A stretch of 64,000 nucleotides of DNA, from assembly GCA_942493025.1 (NCBI GenBank), contig OW818663.1, forward strand, positions 2,258 to 66,257. The letters are read 5' to 3'. Each line of letters begins with the position of its first letter. Positions within the stretch are counted from its first letter, which is position 1. Positions 31,633-42,024 of this stretch are shown piece by piece. The DNA is from Paludibacteraceae bacterium (lineage in GTDB: Bacteria > Bacteroidota > Bacteroidia > Bacteroidales > Paludibacteraceae). The position numbers and the translations under genes were made by a program. The notes below the pieces were generated by a model, which was given only the letters and a program-made list of their open reading frames with translations, was not told where the DNA came from and searched no databases.

Positions 31633-31804
31633 CAAGAAATATGTCGGTGCTCTGCACCTCACACTTCAATAATAATTGAGTTCCTACAAATATTGCGGGA
31701 TTCTGTCCCTTTGGGTTTTATCAAATAAGGTGCAGAGCACCGAAATCTTTGTAGAATAAAGTCATAAAGAAACAAAAGAGGTGCAGAGCACCGACATATA
31801 CTTG
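31633..31804. repeat. REP/REPIN-like cluster of GGTGCAGAGCACCG palindromes (nested inverted pairs)
   Basis: ATATGTCGGTGCTCTGCACCTC (31639) perfectly inverted with GAGGTGCAGAGCACCGACATAT (31778); third copy at 31728; degenerate fourth at 31684. Confidence 0.88.
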
Positions 31805-31844
31805 CCTAAGATTATAAGTGGGTAACAAAACCGGATATTTATCT

Positions 31845-31884
31845 AATAGAAAATCCCGCAAACACATTCGCGGGATTTTCTATT
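31845..31884. terminator. Terminator between ybaK and SOD
   Basis: AATAGAAAATCCCGC...GCGGGATTTTCTATT. Confidence 0.8.
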
Positions 31885-31916
31885 TTCTATAATGCAAAGT
31901 CGCGCGGCGTGCGAAT

Positions 31917-32594
31917 TTACGAAGCAGTAATTAATTTTTCTACTTCCGTCCAGTTTACCACATTCCAGAATGCCTTGATATAGGCAGCCCGTTTCGATTG
32001 ATATTTCAGGTAATACGCATGTTCCCAAACATCGAGTGTTAGTACCGGTTTGCCTTTTACATCGGCCATGGGCAGTAGCGGACTGTCCTGATTGGCAGTG
32101 GAGATGATGCGCAACTTGCCTGATGGCTCTTTGATAAGCCATGCCCAACCCGAACCAAATCGCGATGCGGCGGCTTTTTCAAACTCAATTTTAAAGGCAT
32201 CCACGCTTCCAAAATTTTCGGATAGGATTTTTTCTAACTTTGGCGTCATATTTGTTGTGCCTGTAGGTGCCATTAGGGTCCAAAAAAGGCTGTGATTATA
32301 AAATCCACCGCCCTGGTTGCGCACCGCGGTTTGAATATCGGCCGGAAGTTCGTTGAGACCCTGAATTAATTCAACTACACTTTTTTTGTACAGCTCGGGA
32401 TATTTCTCCAGCGCTTTATTCAGATTGGTGCAGTATGCAGCATGATGCCCGTTGTAGTGAATGTACATTGTTGTACTGTCGATATAAGGCTCCAATGCAC
32501 TGTATTTGTAAGGCAGGGGTGCTTGACTAAATTGCCCGAATGCAACTGCGCTGCAAGCTAAGAATAAGATAAGTGATAAACCGGTTCTTTTCAT
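31917..32594 (-). CDS. sod: Fe/Mn superoxide dismutase with N-terminal signal peptide
   Basis: LPYKYSALEPYID, HYNGHH, NQGGGFYNHSLFW, FGSGWAWL, NQD, DVWEHAYYLKY; TATATTTG -7 element at 32821-32828. Confidence 0.95.
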   Translation of the reverse strand: MKRTGLSLILFLACSAVAFGQFSQAPLPYKYSALEPYIDSTTMYIHYNGHHAAYCTNLNKALEKYPELYKKSVVELIQGLNELPADIQTAVRNQGGGFYNHSLFWTLMAPTGTTNMTPKLEKILSENFGSVDAFKIEFEKAAASRFGSGWAWLIKEPSGKLRIISTANQDSPLLPMADVKGKPVLTLDVWEHAYYLKYQSKRAAYIKAFWNVVNWTEVEKLITAS

Positions 32595-32950
32595 GTGGTG
32601 TTTTTTTTAGCGTTTAAAATGAAAATGTTTTTTTTTAATCTGATTAAATAACACAGGTTTACGTACTTTGTTTTATTGTCGACGTTAATTTAATGTAAAT
32701 TAGGGGCTTGTGTTCATCTACAGAATGGACAGTTTTCCCCACTAAATTGGGTCTCAATGGGTGAGTGTAAATTATGTTACATATTTGTTTTTTAATTAAC
32801 ACTATTTTTGTACTTTTTAGCAAATATAAACGTTAGTTATATTATTGAAAATAAAACAAGAGAGCCTTTACTTCTGTTGTTGCGGTAGCATTTAATCAGT
32901 ATCTTTGCATGTTAAATATATCTATTCTAAAAATATAAAATAAAGACTTA

Positions 32951-33541
32951 ATGATTGATTATATTAAAGGTGAAATAGCTGAACTAACGCCATCTTATGT
33001 AGTAATAGAGATTGGCGGAATTGGTTATTTTATCAATATTGCATTGCCTACATTTTCGTTTTTAGGCGACCATACTTCAGCCAAGTTATTTGTATACGAA
33101 GCTATCCGCGAGGATGCACATGTGTTATATGGTTTCCGCTTACAAGCTGAGCGTCAGTTATTCTTGTTACTCATCTCCGTGTCGGGTATAGGTGCCAACA
33201 CGGCTCGTGTCATCATGTCGTCGTACACCGCGCAGGAAATTCAGGAAATGATAGCCACCGGCAATGTTGTGGCCCTGAATGCTATAAAAGGTATTGGTAC
33301 AAAGACAGCTCAACGTATCATTGTAGATCTGAAAGATAAAATAATAAAGAATGTAGGTGGCGGTGAGTTCCCGAGTGCGGCTGTAAATACACATTCCGAA
33401 CAAAAAGAAGAGGCAGTGTCGGCATTGGTTATGCTCGGTTTTGCTTCGGCTGCTTCGCAAAAAGTGGTGGATCGTATTTTAAAAGATCAGCCGGCTTTGA
33501 AAGTGGAGCAATTGATTAAGTTTGCCCTTAAAATGTTGTAA
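32951..33541 (+). CDS. ruvA: Holliday junction branch migration protein RuvA
   Basis: MIDYIKG, IREDAHVLYGF, SVSGIGA HhH, KGIGTKTAQRIIVDLKDK; TATCTTTG -7 element at 32900. Confidence 0.97.
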   Translation: MIDYIKGEIAELTPSYVVIEIGGIGYFINIALPTFSFLGDHTSAKLFVYEAIREDAHVLYGFRLQAERQLFLLLISVSGIGANTARVIMSSYTAQEIQEMIATGNVVALNAIKGIGTKTAQRIIVDLKDKIIKNVGGGEFPSAAVNTHSEQKEEAVSALVMLGFASAASQKVVDRILKDQPALKVEQLIKFALKML

Positions 33542-33624
33542 AATTTCGTTATTCTAAACAGAATTACCTAATCCTGTCGGCATTTTTAAAAACTGCCGGC
33601 AAAAGTGCGCTAGTATTGAAATTT

Positions 33625-36600
33625 ATGATTTTTACAAAAAAACTACTTCCTGTATTATTCATCTGTGGCTTAGTACTCAGTTCGGCTTACGCATTTGTAA
33701 GTCCTGTATATAGTTACACTGTTGAGCCACCCGTGCCCGACAATGTAGTTGCCGCATCGGATACAGGCAAAACTTCCACCGCTTTCCCCATAAAAAAATA
33801 CACGCAGGACAGTTACGAAGAATTGAATGCCCAGTATCCGATGGATGCTCCGCAACCCGCTAATGTAAAGTCCGGTTTTGAGTATGATACCCGAACTGGC
33901 AATTATGTTCTGCGCTCTAAGGTGGGCGAAACGGATATTTCTACCCCGTTTACCATGACCCCGGAGGAGTATCGTAACTTCTCGGGCAAGCTTGATTTAC
34001 AGCGGTATTGGAAGGAGAAAAACTCCAAAGCACAGGTAAACAATGAAGACAAATTTTCCAAATCGGATATCAAGTTCAGTCTTGGCCCTGCCGATAAGGT
34101 TTTTGGCCCCGGTGGGATACAAATAAAAACGCAAGGTTCGGCCGAGTTGGTATTTGGGTTTAAGAGCAATAAAATCAATAATCCGGCGCTCACCGAACGG
34201 ATGCGCAAGTCGAATATTTTTGACTTCGACGAAAAAATACAGCTGAATGTAAGCGGTAATGTGGGCGATAAATTGAATTTCGGGTTGAATTACAATACCG
34301 AGTCCAGTTTTGATTTTGATCAAAAAATGGTGAAGCTGGCCTTTAAGGGGAAGGAAGATGATATTATCAAAAGCATAGAAGCCGGGAACGTGAGCATGCA
34401 ACTGAATAGTTCATTGATTTCGGGGAGCACAGCGCTTTTTGGTGTGAAGACCGAATTGCAGTTTGGAAAACTGAGCGTTACAGCCCTCGCATCGCAACAG
34501 GAATCGCAAACGCAAACCGTGAGCGCAAAAGGTGGAGCGCAAATTACTCATTTTGATGTGGATGCCGATGCTTACGATGAAAACCGGCACTTCTTTTTAT
34601 CGCATTATTTTCGCGATAATTACGAGAAATCGATGAGTCAATTGCCTTTGATTTCGTCGGGTGTTACCATTAAAAGGGTGGAGGTTTGGGTTACCAACAA
34701 ACGTGGTAACTACGATCAGGCAAGGAATATTGTTGCTTTTATGGATTTGGGTGAAACGAACAGAATCGACAATCAACACTGGGCAACTACCGGAGCCGAT
34801 AAATTGCCAAAGAATAAGGTCAATACGCTTTACGATGAAGTTACGGCCATGGATGGCGTGCGCGATGTGCAGCAAGCAAACAATGTTCTGTCGTCAAACC
34901 TGGGTGTTTACGGAATTAATGGTGGCGAAGATTACGAAAAAATAGAGAGTGCACGCAGGTTGGATCAGTCGGAATATACGCTGAATCCCGGTTTGGGATT
35001 TATTTCCCTGCGCAATACGCTGAATCCAGATGAGGTGCTTGGTGTGGCTTACGAGTACTCGTATGGCGGAGAAGTGTATCAGGTGGGTGAATTTTCTACC
35101 GATAATGTTGCTGCTCCCAACGCATTGGTTGTGAAGTTGCTGAAAGCCACAGCACAATCGCCTCAGCTGGCATTGTGGGATTTGATGATGAAAAACGTTT
35201 ATAATCTGGGGGCTTTGGAGATTCAACCGGATAATTTTAAATTGAACATCGTCTATCGTAATGACTCTGTAGGTACAGATATACAATATCTTACCGAAGG
35301 GAATATAAAAAATGAGCTGTTGCTTCGGGTGATGAACCTCGATCGATTGGATACAAAAGGAAATCTCAACAGAGATGGGAAGTTTGACTTTGTGGAAGGT
35401 TATACGGCGCTTTCATCCTCCGGTAGAATAGTTTTTCCTGTTTTGGAGCCTTTCGGTAAACACCTTTTAGATAAAATAGGAAATGCAGGTATTGCAAAAA
35501 AATATATATTTCAGGAGTTGTATGACTCTACTCTGATTGTAGCACAGAGCTACAGCGAGAAAAAGAAGTTCCGCCTGGTAGGAGAATACAAAGGTACGAG
35601 CGGGGCTACTTCCGAAATACGTCTGAATGCTATGAATATACCGCGTGGATCGGTAACGGTTACTGCCGGTGGGGTAACGCTGATTGAGAATAAAGACTAC
35701 ACGGTGGATTATACCATGGGTACGGTTTCCATTATCGACGAGGCTTTGGTGCAATCCAAGACAAAGATTGATGTGAAGCTGGAAAACCAATCCATGTTTA
35801 GCATGCAACGAAAATCGCTGGTTGGAACGCATTTAGAGTATAAGTTCAATAAAGACTTCAGCTTGGGTGGTACAATTATGCACTTGTCGGAAATGCCACT
35901 TACTACCAAAGTGAATACAGGTAGCGAACCCATTTCAAATACCATTTGGGGGATGAATACTTCCTGGCGCACCGAGTCGCAATGGATAACCAATATGCTC
36001 GATAAACTGCCGTTTGTAAATGCCACCAAGCCATCGACCATAGCATTAAATGCAGAATTTGCGCAACTAATACCGGGACACTCCAATGTAATCAGTTCGG
36101 CCGGCCTGGCTTATCTCGACGACTTTGAATCGACTAAAACCACTATCGATATTCATTATCCGTTTAGTTGGTATTTGGCCGGCACACCTTATAACCCCGG
36201 TGCAAACGCTCTGTTTCCCGAAGCTGCAAAAAGCAACGACGTGGAATACGGAAAGAACCGTGCGCTGATGTCATGGTATTTAGTTGATCCGATATTTAAT
36301 TCCAATGTGAGTGCCACACCTCAATACTTAAGGACTGACGACGCGCAATCAAATCATTTGACGCGTACCGTGGTTGAGCAGGAAATTTTCCCTAACAGAA
36401 ATACGCCTCAAGGTCAGACTTCGCGGATGACGGTGTTGAATCTGTCGTATTATCCAACCGAACGTGGACCTTATAATCTCGACGTAGCAGGGATGAATGC
36501 CGATGGAACACTGGCTAATCCGAAAAACCGTTGGGGTGGAATTATGCGTAAGTTGGATGCCAGTGCGAGCGATTTCGAAACATCGAACATCGAATACATT

Positions 36601-39600
36601 GAGTTTTGGATGATGGATCCATTTATCAATGATAAAGCAAACACTGATAAAGGTGGCGATTTGTATTTCAACCTGGGCGATGTCAGCGAAGATATCCTGA
36701 AAGATGGAAAGAAATCATTCGAAAATGGACTCCCTTTGGATGGTGATCTTGCAAAAACAGAAGAAACAAAATGGGGTGTTGTACCTAAAATTCAATCCAC
36801 TGTCACTGCGTTCGACAATGCTGCCGGTGCGCGCAAAAATCAGGATGCAGGATTGGATGGATTGTCTACCGATAATGAATTTCAGTTTTCCACTTACAAA
36901 GATTATGTTACGGGCATTAGTGCAAAATTATCTCCTGATGCTAAACAACGCTTTCAGGCCGATCCGTTTTCGCCTATAAATGACCCCGCCGGCGATAATT
37001 ATCATTTCTATCGTGGAAATGATTATGATGATGAAAAACTGGATGTGTTGACCCGTTACAAACATTATAATGGTGTTGAAGGTAACTCGCCCGAAACGAC
37101 GACCAACGATATTTATGGTACATCGGCTACTTCTTTACCCGATCAAGAGGATATTAACCAGGATAATACGCTGAATGAGTATGAAAAGTACTATCAGTAC
37201 CGCATTCGCTTAAATAAAGGGTTGATGAATATTGGAGATAACCATATTACCGATATTGTAACTGCCAAGGTAACGCTGAAAAACGATGAAGTTGTGCCGG
37301 TAAAATGGTATCAGTTTAAAATTCCGGTTCGGCAATACGACGAAAAAATAGGAAGCATCCGAAATTTTAAGTCTATCCGCTTTATTCGAATGTTCCTTAC
37401 TAATTTCGAAAAAGAGACGCATTTACGTTTTGCAACTATGGATTTGGTACGAGGCGAGTGGCGTAACTTTACCAAACCACTTTATCCGGTGGGTACTTTA
37501 CCTTTATCAGATGGAAAATTAGAAATTCAGGCTGTAAATATTGAGGAAAACAGCAGCAAAACGCCGGTCAACTACGTGCTGCCTCCGGGTGTTACGCGTG
37601 AGACCGACCCGGGTCAGCAGCAAATCCTGCAACTAAATGAGCAGGCAATGCTCCTGCGGCTGAATGATCTTTCGCCAGGTGATGCTCGTGCGGTATATAA
37701 AAATACGAATTACGATATGCGTCAGTACAAACGCCTGCAAATGTTTGTGCATGCCGAGAAACTGATGAACGATAATACCAACTTGCAGGATAATCAGTTG
37801 TCGTGTTTCATCCGTTTGGGATCAGACATGGTTAATAACTATTATGAATATGAAATTCCACTACGATTAACCCCTCCGGGAGACTACAGTGGAGGAGATA
37901 ATTCTCATCGCGCAACTGTTTGGTATCCCGAAAATATGTTTGATTTTCCGTTTACGTCGCTTACCAATGCGAAACTAAAACGAAATGTTGACAGGCAAAA
38001 TAATGTGGCAGGTGTTGGAAATACAATTCCATACACAGTCAATGAAACCGATCCGGCAAAACTGAAAAATAAAATCACGGTGGTAGGTAATCCTTCTTTG
38101 TCGGAAGTACAAACCATTATGATTGGTGTCAGAAGTGTGAAAGGAGAGGTGAGGGACGATGTGAAATCCGGAGAAATTTGGGTGAACGAGTTGCGCATGT
38201 CCGAGTTTGACGAGTCGGGTGGTTGGGCTGCCATGGGAAACCTGGCGGTAGGATTGTCCGATATTGGGAATGTGAATATCTCCGGTCGCACTGAATCAGC
38301 CGGATTTGGAGGTATTGAGAGTAATGTGATGAACAGGCGTTTGGACGATTTATACCAAATGAATTTTTCTACAGCCCTGGAGCTGGGTCGTTTTTTACCA
38401 GAGAAAGCTAAAATTCAGATTCCAGCCTATTTTTCGTATTCCAACGAGACTTTATCACCCAAATACAATCCACTTGATCAGGATATTAAACTGAAAGATG
38501 CATTGGAAAGTATGGATAATAAGGCAGATCGGGATTCGTTGAAATCAATAACACAGTCGGTGGTGACCACCAAAAGTTTCAATATCTCGGGTGCCCGGGT
38601 AAATATAAAAAGTAAGACTCCACAGTTTTACGATCCTGCCAATGTGTCGTTTAGCTATGCTTTTAACGAAACAAAACAACACAGTCAGGATGTAGAGGAA
38701 AATCTGGTAAAAGATCAGCGTGGGGCCATCGACTATAATTTCTCGTTTAACCCTACGCCTTGGGAGCCATTTAAAAATGTCAAAGCACTAAGTAGTCCGA
38801 TGTTGAAAATAGTGAAAGACTTTAATCTGAACTATTTGCCAACAACGTTGAGTTTGAATACCAATATGAATCGTCAATACTCGCAGGTGAAATTGCGCGA
38901 TTTAAATGCCGATCCCTCAATAATTGGGACTAATCAAGCCTTGGATATGACTTTTAGCAGGGATTTTATGTGGAACAGACGATTTGATATTACCTACGAT
39001 TTAACCCGTGCGCTTAAATTTAGTTTCCAGTCGGCTATGAATGCCAATATTGCTGAACCATACAAAACCCCTGAGGTTAATCCCGATTATTACAAAGAAT
39101 GGCGCGACTCGGTTTGGTCGAATATCCGTAAGTTAGGTACTCCTTACGCCTATCAGCAGGTGTTTTCTGCCTCGTGGATCTTGCCACTAAATAAAATTCC
39201 AACTTTCGACTGGGTTACAGCCAATGCTAGTTATAATTCTACCTACGATTGGAATAGAATGGCTCGGGTGTCGGGTGACAGCCAGTTAGGAAATATCGCT
39301 ACCAGCATGGGAGCATGGCAAGTCGATGGAACTTTCAATTTCGAAAGTCTTTACAATAAATCTAAATACCTGAAGGATGTGAATCGACGGTTTGCTACGC
39401 AGCCGAATACCAATAAATCAAAATTTCAATCTAAGACCTATAATCAGATGGTGCGGTTGGAAAAAAATAAGCCGATTACCATTAATCACCGCTTAGGCAG
39501 TGATAAGTTAATGTTCAAGGTTGCCGACAAGCTTGGCAAACCCATGTTGCTTTCTTACAAGTCAAAGAATTCAAGTTCGTTGGAAATAACACCTCAGATA

Positions 39601-41121
39601 GATGCTGATAGTGTTATGCTTACTCTTGTTAGTCAGGATCCAAACGAGCAAACGGCAAGTGCCAAAACGGTTGATTTTGTTGCCCGTATGTTGATGATGG
39701 TGCGTCGCGTAAGCTTCACGTATCGTGAGTCGAACAGTACGGTGCTACCCGGTTTCTTGCCCGAGCCGGTTTTCCTGGGACAGCAAAAATATGGCGGTGT
39801 CGGTTCTCAGATGAATGCGCCGGGATATGCTTTTGCTTTTGGATTTCAGGATAAAAATTTACTTCAACGAGCGTTGGATAATGGCTGGTTGGTGAATGAT
39901 ACCAGCATTGTCAATCCTGCCACTACTGCATTTACATCCGATCTTGATATTAAGGCTACGCTTGAACCTCTGCCGGGGTTTAAGATAGATGTAAGCGCAA
40001 AACGCTATACTGCTGATAATACAACTGTTCAGTACATGTTCGACGGAATGCCAACAAGCTTTACAGGTAGTTATAATATTACTCTGGTGGCACTTTCCAC
40101 CGCTTTTAAACCAATGGGAACGGCTAATCAAAATTATAATTCTGAAGTGTTCAATACCTTTTTGGCCAATAGAAAGATTATACAAAACAGATTGAATAAA
40201 CAATATGCAGGCACTCGTTATCCAAGTAGCGGTTTTTTCAAGGATATTCCTTCTTATGCCGGAAAAGAGTTTGGGTCGGTGGGTAACGCCAATACGGCTT
40301 ACTCCGAAAATTCGGCCGACGTACTCATTCCGGCCTTCCTGGCTGCATATACCGGAAGGGATGCGAACTCGATGAGTACCAATCCGTTTCTTTCGTTGCT
40401 GAGCGTTTTGCCGAACTGGCGCATAAGTTATGATGGTTTGTCACGTTTACCTTGGGTTAAAAATCATTTCCGATCGGTGAGTCTGACACATGCTTACACT
40501 TGTCGTTACAGTGTGGGTGCGTATACTTCATTCTCTACGTGGGAAGGCGTAGGTGGCGATAACAGTGCGCTTGGTTATGTGCGCGATGTGCAAACGAACA
40601 ATCCGATTATGTCGTCGCCTTACGATATTTCAACCGTTTCGCTGACCGAACAGTTTAGTCCGCTTATTGGAGTAAATGTGGCAATGAACAATAGCATGAC
40701 CGCTAAGATGGAATTTCGTAAGCAACGAAACCTGGCTCTCAATCTGTCGAGTACACAATTGGTGGAGGCAGCAAGCGATGAATATGTCGTCGGGATGGGC
40801 TATGTTATCAAGGATTTTGATGTTATTCTGAAATTGAAAAACGATAAACAAACCACCATTAAAAACGATTTGAAATTAAGTGCGGATTTGTCATACAAAG
40901 ACATTAAAACGCTTTTACGAAAAATTGACAGCAATCTTACACAAGCATCGAGTGGGAATAAACTATTGACACTAAAAGTAATTGCCGACTACGTTTTCAG
41001 TTCGAAACTAAATATTCAATTGTTCTATGACCGGCAAATGAGTTCGCCGCTTATTTCATCTTCATTCCCTGTTTCATCAACAAACTTTGGGGTTAGTTTC
41101 AAATTTATGTTGACACGTTAG
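33625..41121 (+). CDS. sprA: Type IX secretion system outer-membrane translocon SprA/Sov (likely start 33625)
   Basis: About 2500 aa; FDFDEKIQLNVSG, YDENRHFFL, WGGIMR, EYIEFW, GEIWVNELR, RIRFDPL-like repeats; directly downstream of ruvA. Confidence 0.95.
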   Translation: MIFTKKLLPVLFICGLVLSSAYAFVSPVYSYTVEPPVPDNVVAASDTGKTSTAFPIKKYTQDSYEELNAQYPMDAPQPANVKSGFEYDTRTGNYVLRSKVGETDISTPFTMTPEEYRNFSGKLDLQRYWKEKNSKAQVNNEDKFSKSDIKFSLGPADKVFGPGGIQIKTQGSAELVFGFKSNKINNPALTERMRKSNIFDFDEKIQLNVSGNVGDKLNFGLNYNTESSFDFDQKMVKLAFKGKEDDIIKSIEAGNVSMQLNSSLISGSTALFGVKTELQFGKLSVTALASQQESQTQTVSAKGGAQITHFDVDADAYDENRHFFLSHYFRDNYEKSMSQLPLISSGVTIKRVEVWVTNKRGNYDQARNIVAFMDLGETNRIDNQHWATTGADKLPKNKVNTLYDEVTAMDGVRDVQQANNVLSSNLGVYGINGGEDYEKIESARRLDQSEYTLNPGLGFISLRNTLNPDEVLGVAYEYSYGGEVYQVGEFSTDNVAAPNALVVKLLKATAQSPQLALWDLMMKNVYNLGALEIQPDNFKLNIVYRNDSVGTDIQYLTEGNIKNELLLRVMNLDRLDTKGNLNRDGKFDFVEGYTALSSSGRIVFPVLEPFGKHLLDKIGNAGIAKKYIFQELYDSTLIVAQSYSEKKKFRLVGEYKGTSGATSEIRLNAMNIPRGSVTVTAGGVTLIENKDYTVDYTMGTVSIIDEALVQSKTKIDVKLENQSMFSMQRKSLVGTHLEYKFNKDFSLGGTIMHLSEMPLTTKVNTGSEPISNTIWGMNTSWRTESQWITNMLDKLPFVNATKPSTIALNAEFAQLIPGHSNVISSAGLAYLDDFESTKTTIDIHYPFSWYLAGTPYNPGANALFPEAAKSNDVEYGKNRALMSWYLVDPIFNSNVSATPQYLRTDDAQSNHLTRTVVEQEIFPNRNTPQGQTSRMTVLNLSYYPTERGPYNLDVAGMNADGTLANPKNRWGGIMRKLDASASDFETSNIEYIEFWMMDPFINDKANTDKGGDLYFNLGDVSEDILKDGKKSFENGLPLDGDLAKTEETKWGVVPKIQSTVTAFDNAAGARKNQDAGLDGLSTDNEFQFSTYKDYVTGISAKLSPDAKQRFQADPFSPINDPAGDNYHFYRGNDYDDEKLDVLTRYKHYNGVEGNSPETTTNDIYGTSATSLPDQEDINQDNTLNEYEKYYQYRIRLNKGLMNIGDNHITDIVTAKVTLKNDEVVPVKWYQFKIPVRQYDEKIGSIRNFKSIRFIRMFLTNFEKETHLRFATMDLVRGEWRNFTKPLYPVGTLPLSDGKLEIQAVNIEENSSKTPVNYVLPPGVTRETDPGQQQILQLNEQAMLLRLNDLSPGDARAVYKNTNYDMRQYKRLQMFVHAEKLMNDNTNLQDNQLSCFIRLGSDMVNNYYEYEIPLRLTPPGDYSGGDNSHRATVWYPENMFDFPFTSLTNAKLKRNVDRQNNVAGVGNTIPYTVNETDPAKLKNKITVVGNPSLSEVQTIMIGVRSVKGEVRDDVKSGEIWVNELRMSEFDESGGWAAMGNLAVGLSDIGNVNISGRTESAGFGGIESNVMNRRLDDLYQMNFSTALELGRFLPEKAKIQIPAYFSYSNETLSPKYNPLDQDIKLKDALESMDNKADRDSLKSITQSVVTTKSFNISGARVNIKSKTPQFYDPANVSFSYAFNETKQHSQDVEENLVKDQRGAIDYNFSFNPTPWEPFKNVKALSSPMLKIVKDFNLNYLPTTLSLNTNMNRQYSQVKLRDLNADPSIIGTNQALDMTFSRDFMWNRRFDITYDLTRALKFSFQSAMNANIAEPYKTPEVNPDYYKEWRDSVWSNIRKLGTPYAYQQVFSASWILPLNKIPTFDWVTANASYNSTYDWNRMARVSGDSQLGNIATSMGAWQVDGTFNFESLYNKSKYLKDVNRRFATQPNTNKSKFQSKTYNQMVRLEKNKPITINHRLGSDKLMFKVADKLGKPMLLSYKSKNSSSLEITPQIDADSVMLTLVSQDPNEQTASAKTVDFVARMLMMVRRVSFTYRESNSTVLPGFLPEPVFLGQQKYGGVGSQMNAPGYAFAFGFQDKNLLQRALDNGWLVNDTSIVNPATTAFTSDLDIKATLEPLPGFKIDVSAKRYTADNTTVQYMFDGMPTSFTGSYNITLVALSTAFKPMGTANQNYNSEVFNTFLANRKIIQNRLNKQYAGTRYPSSGFFKDIPSYAGKEFGSVGNANTAYSENSADVLIPAFLAAYTGRDANSMSTNPFLSLLSVLPNWRISYDGLSRLPWVKNHFRSVSLTHAYTCRYSVGAYTSFSTWEGVGGDNSALGYVRDVQTNNPIMSSPYDISTVSLTEQFSPLIGVNVAMNNSMTAKMEFRKQRNLALNLSSTQLVEAASDEYVVGMGYVIKDFDVILKLKNDKQTTIKNDLKLSADLSYKDIKTLLRKIDSNLTQASSGNKLLTLKVIADYVFSSKLNIQLFYDRQMSSPLISSSFPVSSTNFGVSFKFMLTR

Positions 41122-41369
41122 AATATTTAAGTTCTAATTCTAACCTGCGGATACTGTTTTTAAACTATTGAATCAGGGTATTTTCGTACATTTTGTCTTG
41201 AAATATGAATTAGTATATAGCTATATCTGCCATTCTGCCACCCGATTTCTGCCAAAAACGGAAATCGGGTGTTTTGGCAAAATTATTGACCTATTCCACC
41301 GAACTAAAACTCAAAACGACTAATTTGATATCTAGATTAATACAGTGGTTCGAATTTAATTATAAAAGT

Positions 41370-41942
41370 ATGAAGAAGAATAAACATCCGGAGGAGCATT
41401 TAGACATAAAAGAAGGTGCACAAGCAGCAGAAACCTGTCAGCCTTGCGAATCAACCGAAAATACAGTAGAAACTCCAGTAGAAATCCCCGTTAACGAATT
41501 GGAACTCTTGACTCAAAAGTGTGCCGACTTGAACGATAAAAATCTTCGGATGATGGCCGAGTTTGATAATTACCGCAAACGTACGCTTAAGGAGAGAATG
41601 GATTTGTTGAAAACAGCTAGCGAGGGTGTTTTGGTAGATATGTTACCATTGGTTGATGATTTCGAACGCGGTTTAAAAGCGATGGAAACATCAGAAGATG
41701 TACAAGCTGTAAAAGATGGTGTTGAGCTAATTTACAATAAGTTTTTAGCTTTTTTACTTTCGAAAGGAGTAAAGTCTATCCCAACGGAAAATGAGGCTTT
41801 TGATACCGAATTTCATGAAGCTATAACTACTTTTCCTGCACCAAGCGAAGACTTGAAAGGAAAGATTATTGATTGTGCTTCGAAAGGCTATACGCTGAAC
41901 GAAAAAGTAATTCGTTTCTCGAAAGTAGTGGTTGGAGAGTAA
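41370..41942 (+). CDS. grpE: Nucleotide exchange factor GrpE (likely start 41370)
   Basis: LRMMAEFDNYRKRT, LPLVDDFERG, FDTEFHEAI, KGYTLNEKVIRFSKVVVG. Confidence 0.96.
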   Translation: MKKNKHPEEHLDIKEGAQAAETCQPCESTENTVETPVEIPVNELELLTQKCADLNDKNLRMMAEFDNYRKRTLKERMDLLKTASEGVLVDMLPLVDDFERGLKAMETSEDVQAVKDGVELIYNKFLAFLLSKGVKSIPTENEAFDTEFHEAITTFPAPSEDLKGKIIDCASKGYTLNEKVIRFSKVVVGE

Positions 41943-42024
41943 TTCAGTTGTTAGTAAATAATTATCAGTAAACAGTTAGGCGATGGTAGAATGTCGGCTA
42001 ATTCCATAATTCAACGAAAGAGAA

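Noticed and set aside
33670-40851. Numerous antisense or alternative-frame ORFs inside sprA and other long genes
   Set aside because: They are short, motif-free and fully nested in well-supported CDS.
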